Assembly (NCBI GenBank): GCA_037441385.1
Contig: JBBISH010000001.1
Coordinates: 1-64,000 of the forward strand
Direction of reading: 5' to 3'
DNA from: Myxococcales bacterium
GTDB taxonomy: Bacteria; Myxococcota_A; UBA9042
Length of the DNA stretch: 64,000 nucleotides
A program made the translations under genes and the position numbers. Position 1 is the first letter of the stretch, and the number at the start of each line of letters is the position of its first letter. The notes below the pieces were generated by a model. It saw only the letters and a list, made by a program, of their open reading frames with translations, searched no databases and was not told the origin of the DNA. Positions 60,628 to 64,000 of this stretch are shown piece after piece.

Positions 60628-61551
60628 CTAGGCCCCCATATTCAGCAAAGTCTGGTCCGGCAAGCGCGCGTCGCGGTGGGTCACCGTCACCCGGCCCAGG
60701 CGCAGGTGGCGAACCTCGTCGCCGATCGCCTCGGCCAGGGCCACGCTGCGGTGCTGTCCGCCCGTGCAACCCAGCGCCACCGTCACCAGCGCCCGGCCCT
60801 CTTGGGCGTGCAAAGGCAGAGCAAACTTCAACAAGTGCATCATCCGCCCCAGCGCCTCTTGCCCGCCGCGCTCCATCACGAACTGCGCCACCGCCGCGTC
60901 GCGCCCCGAAAGGGGCGACAAGTCGGGCACAAAGTACGGGTTGTCCACGTAGCGCACGTCGAACACGTAGTCCGCGTCGCGCGGCATGCCGTGCTTGAAG
61001 CCAAACGACTCCACCGCCACCATCATCCGCAGGTCCGCCGAGCCCTCGACATCGAACAGCCGCTGCACCTGCCGCTTGAGTTGGTGGATATTCATATCCG
61101 ATGTGTCGATGACCAGCGTGGTGCGCTCGCGCACTTCCATCATCACCGCGCGCTCTTGGCGGATCGCCTCGGTGATCGTCCCCGCCTCCCAGATCGGGTG
61201 CTTGCGGCGCGTTTCGGCAAAGCGGCGCACCAGCACGTCGTCGGCGCAGTCCAAAAAGAGCAGCTCGGACGGCACGCCCATCGTCGCCAGCGCCCGCAGC
61301 GCGTGATCCAAATCGCCCAGAAAGCCACCGGCGCGCACGTCGATGCCCACCGCCACCGGCACCGCGTCCAGGCGCTCGGCCAACGTTTCGACCAGGGCGG
61401 GCACCAGCGCCGCCGGCAGGTTGTCCACGCAGTACCAGCCCATGTCCTCCAGGGCGCGCAGGCAGGTGGAGCGCCCGGAGCCGCTGATGCCCGTGACCAC
61501 CAATACCCGTGCGCTGGAGCTTGGTTGTATGGGTGTCGCCGGAAGGCTCAT
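60628..61551 (-). CDS. rapZ: RNase adapter RapZ
   Basis: TGISGSGRS, CVDNLP, ETRRKHP, SFGFKHG, FDVR, GCTGGQHRSV. Confidence 0.93.
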   Translation of the reverse strand: MSLPATPIQPSSSARVLVVTGISGSGRSTCLRALEDMGWYCVDNLPAALVPALVETLAERLDAVPVAVGIDVRAGGFLGDLDHALRALATMGVPSELLFLDCADDVLVRRFAETRRKHPIWEAGTITEAIRQERAVMMEVRERTTLVIDTSDMNIHQLKRQVQRLFDVEGSADLRMMVAVESFGFKHGMPRDADYVFDVRYVDNPYFVPDLSPLSGRDAAVAQFVMERGGQEALGRMMHLLKFALPLHAQEGRALVTVALGCTGGQHRSVALAEAIGDEVRHLRLGRVTVTHRDARLPDQTLLNMGA

Positions 61552-61572
61552 GGTCGTTCCCAATTTCCGGGG

Positions 61573-63288
61573 CTAGTAGGACCGGCGCCGCTTGGACGAC
61601 GACTCGATGCCTAGCTGCTCGCGGTACTTTGCCACGGTGCGGCGGGCGATCGTCATCGGCGAATTGGGCCGCATCGCGTCGACTTGCGACTCGGTCGCCT
61701 GCATCCGCGCCAACATCCGTCCGCGGTCCCACTCGCCCTGCAAGATCTCGGCGATCTCTTGGTCCGACAGGGGCGACGAAGGGATCTCTTTGTCGATCAG
61801 GCGCTTGATCGCTTGCTTGACCGCCTCGGCCGCCATGTCATCGCCGCCCTGGGCGGTGATCCGCGAGCCGAAGAAGAACTTTAGCTCAAAAATCCCTTGC
61901 GGCGTATGCACATACTTGCTCGTCGTCACCCGCGAGATGGTCGACTCGTGCAGGCCCACGTCGTCGGCCACGTCGCGCAGCACCAGCGGCCGCAGCTTGT
62001 CCACGCCGCCATCCAAGAACGGCCGCTGAAAGCGCATGATCGACTCGGTCACCCGCTGAATCGTCGATTGCCGCTGGTGGATCGAGCGGATCATCCAGGT
62101 CGCCGCCCGCAGCTTTTCTTGCAGGTAGTGCTTGGCCTTGTCGTGCTCGCTGTCGTGGTGCTGCTCGTCCATCAGCGCCGACTTGTAATAGTTGCTGATC
62201 TTGAGCTTGGGCAGGCCGTCTTCGTTCAGCGTCACCACGTAGTCGTCGCCGATCTTGCTCACGAACACGTCGGGCGTGATGTAGCGGGCCATCTCGCCCG
62301 TGTAGCGCCGGCCGGGGCGCGGCTCCAGCGACGCCAGCACCTTGAGCAGTTCTTCCAGCTCTTCGGCGCCGATGTGCAGATCGCGGCGCACCGCCTGGTA
62401 GTCGCGATCCTGCAGGCGCGGCAGATGGACCTCGATCAGCCGATGCAGCTCCTCGTTGCCCGGATAGCGCGTAAGCGCCTGGGTCATCAGGCATTCCTGC
62501 AGATCGCGCGCCGCCACGCCCAGCGGCTCCAGGCCCTGGATGATCTTCAGCATCGCCAGGACTTCCGCCTCGGGCACCTCGCAAATCGCCGCGATCATCC
62601 GGGTTGAGTTGGCGGTATAGACCTCGGTGATCAGGCCGCGGCTCTCGGCCAGCTCCTGCCACTCGATCAACTCGTCGTCGGTCAGCCAGTACAGGCTCAG
62701 CACGCCGCGCTCTTCGCGCTGCTCGATGCCCACCGCCAGCCGCGCCAGTCCGCGCCGGGTCGCCTCGGACCCGCCCGAGATGTCCAGCCGGCTCGGCCGG
62801 AAGTAGCCGTCGTCGTCCAGGTTGCCGATGATCTCGCTGGCGATCTCAAGCTGGCGGCGGCCAAGGCCTAGCGCCCCCAACTGCTCGCCCAGCACTTCGT
62901 CCAGTGTCGAGGCCTTGGTCAAGGTCTGCGCCAGCGCCGGCCGCTCTTCGTCCGTGTCGCGGTACGAGCCCACTCCCTCCGATGGCGCGCGCGCCAAGTC
63001 GGTAAAGTAGTTTTGCCAATCGATCTCGGTGCGTTCCGCCGGCTGGGCCGGCGCTTCAAAGTCCTGGACGGTACCCTCGCCCTGGGTGATCTGCGGCCCG
63101 GTCTCGCCCGCGCCGGGCTGGATCTCCGCTTCTTCCAGGACGGGATTCTCGTTCAGCGCCTCGGCGATGCTGTCGGCCAGCTCGGTGCGCGACAACTGCA
63201 AAAGCCGAATCGCCTGCTGCAGTTGCTGGGTCATGACCAGCCGCTGTTCCAGACCTAGCTTGACGCTCAGGCTTTGTCTGAAATCCAT
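61573..63288 (-). CDS. rpoN: RNA polymerase sigma-54 factor with two insertions
   Basis: TQQLQQAIRLLQL, GNLDDDGY, HESTISRV, ELKFFF, RpoN box ARRTVAKYRE. Confidence 0.95.
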   Translation of the reverse strand: MDFRQSLSVKLGLEQRLVMTQQLQQAIRLLQLSRTELADSIAEALNENPVLEEAEIQPGAGETGPQITQGEGTVQDFEAPAQPAERTEIDWQNYFTDLARAPSEGVGSYRDTDEERPALAQTLTKASTLDEVLGEQLGALGLGRRQLEIASEIIGNLDDDGYFRPSRLDISGGSEATRRGLARLAVGIEQREERGVLSLYWLTDDELIEWQELAESRGLITEVYTANSTRMIAAICEVPEAEVLAMLKIIQGLEPLGVAARDLQECLMTQALTRYPGNEELHRLIEVHLPRLQDRDYQAVRRDLHIGAEELEELLKVLASLEPRPGRRYTGEMARYITPDVFVSKIGDDYVVTLNEDGLPKLKISNYYKSALMDEQHHDSEHDKAKHYLQEKLRAATWMIRSIHQRQSTIQRVTESIMRFQRPFLDGGVDKLRPLVLRDVADDVGLHESTISRVTTSKYVHTPQGIFELKFFFGSRITAQGGDDMAAEAVKQAIKRLIDKEIPSSPLSDQEIAEILQGEWDRGRMLARMQATESQVDAMRPNSPMTIARRTVAKYREQLGIESSSKRRRSY

Positions 63289-63357
63289 GTGGCGGTTGGG
63301 CTCCCGTGTCCGCGTGGGCGGCGCCGGTCCAGTCTACACGGCCTCGACCGCTGTTCA

Positions 63358-63373
63358 AGCAAGCATCGTGCCA
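63358..63373 (-). promoter_or_regulatory. sigma54 -24/-12 promoter upstream of rpoN
   Basis: TGGCAC-GATGC-TTGCT on the minus strand, 70 bp before the rpoN ATG. Confidence 0.8.
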
Positions 63374-63465
63374 AATTCGTCACGCAGCGGAACAAAACGC
63401 GGACCTCGCTGTTTTTTTTGACCGAGCCGGCGCACAGGTGATAGCGTGCGGCGCAGGAGGTCGCC

Positions 63466-63873
63466 GTGAACCGCTTTGTCCTTGTTGCTCCAAAGGTTCT
63501 TGCGGGGGTGCTCGCCGCTTTGGCCCTGGGCGCTTGCTCCAGTCCGCTGGCCGGCCGCTGGGAGGGCACCGCTGACCTGGGCCCGATCGAGGCCCGGCCC
63601 GTCAAGCTGCACCTGGCCAAAGATGGCCAAAGTGGTCAGGTTTCGTGGCAAGAGCAGGGCGCGGCGTGGCGCACGTTTGCCGCTTGCCGTGTGCAGCTGC
63701 AGGGGCGCCAATTCGAGGTCGAGTTCGATCTGGCCCAGCCCGACTGCGGCAGCGGAGCGCAGCGCGACCGCCGCATTCTGCGTGGAACCGTTGGCGAACG
63801 CTTGCTTTTTGGCGAGATCGTCGGTGCCGAGCGGCCCGTGGGGTTCTTCCGCGCGTTCGCGCTTGACCCGTAG
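63466..63873 (+). CDS. Hypothetical lipoprotein
   Basis: AGGAGG RBS before GTG; lipobox LGAC; AGRWEG lipocalin-like start. Confidence 0.72.
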   Translation: MNRFVLVAPKVLAGVLAALALGACSSPLAGRWEGTADLGPIEARPVKLHLAKDGQSGQVSWQEQGAAWRTFAACRVQLQGRQFEVEFDLAQPDCGSGAQRDRRILRGTVGERLLFGEIVGAERPVGFFRAFALDP

Positions 63874-64000
63874 TGCCGCCGACCAGGATCCACAACCGAA
63901 ATTCGCCCCGGCCGCCGATTTGGGATGCAAATCAAGGCGCAAGGAGCGGAGCGACTGAGGCGACCTAGCGGTCGCCGCAGGGAGAAGGGCCCCAGCGGTC

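Overview
High-GC bacterial chromosomal segment, most likely Myxococcota (a MYXO-CTERM-type substrate, a myxosortase-like CPBP protease, a Myxococcus-type LexA box before uvrA, a 3278-aa TPR protein and Cys-rich lipoproteins). The backbone is housekeeping: tRNA-Phe, tRNA-Ala, an M17 peptidase, rlmN, nadD, namZ, a sulfite/nitrite reductase, an MFS transporter, argC/argB/argG, a leuB-like gene, a LeuD-LeuC-type fusion, guaD, prs, uvrA, fadA and a fadN-type gene, dnaB, rapZ and rpoN. Two accessory patches (30.0-31.6 kb and 38.8-44.9 kb) carry three Uma2 nucleases, two PIN toxin-antitoxin loci (one toxin frameshifted by a 13-bp duplication), a decayed XRE-S24 repressor with an in-frame insertion and two Cys-rich lipoproteins. 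The main non-coding signal is a repeated sigma54 enhancer-promoter module (TGATACCGGTMTCA dyad, IHF-like site, -24/-12) in front of the Uma2 and TA genes. All five sigma54 promoter motifs found in the window, including the one before rpoN, have a dyad centred 44.5 bp upstream of the -24 GG. Other oddities are a eukaryote NPEPL1-like peptidase, an RpoN with two insertions and an att-like 30-bp duplication of the rlmN 3' end. All product calls come from motif recognition by eye; no database searches were run.
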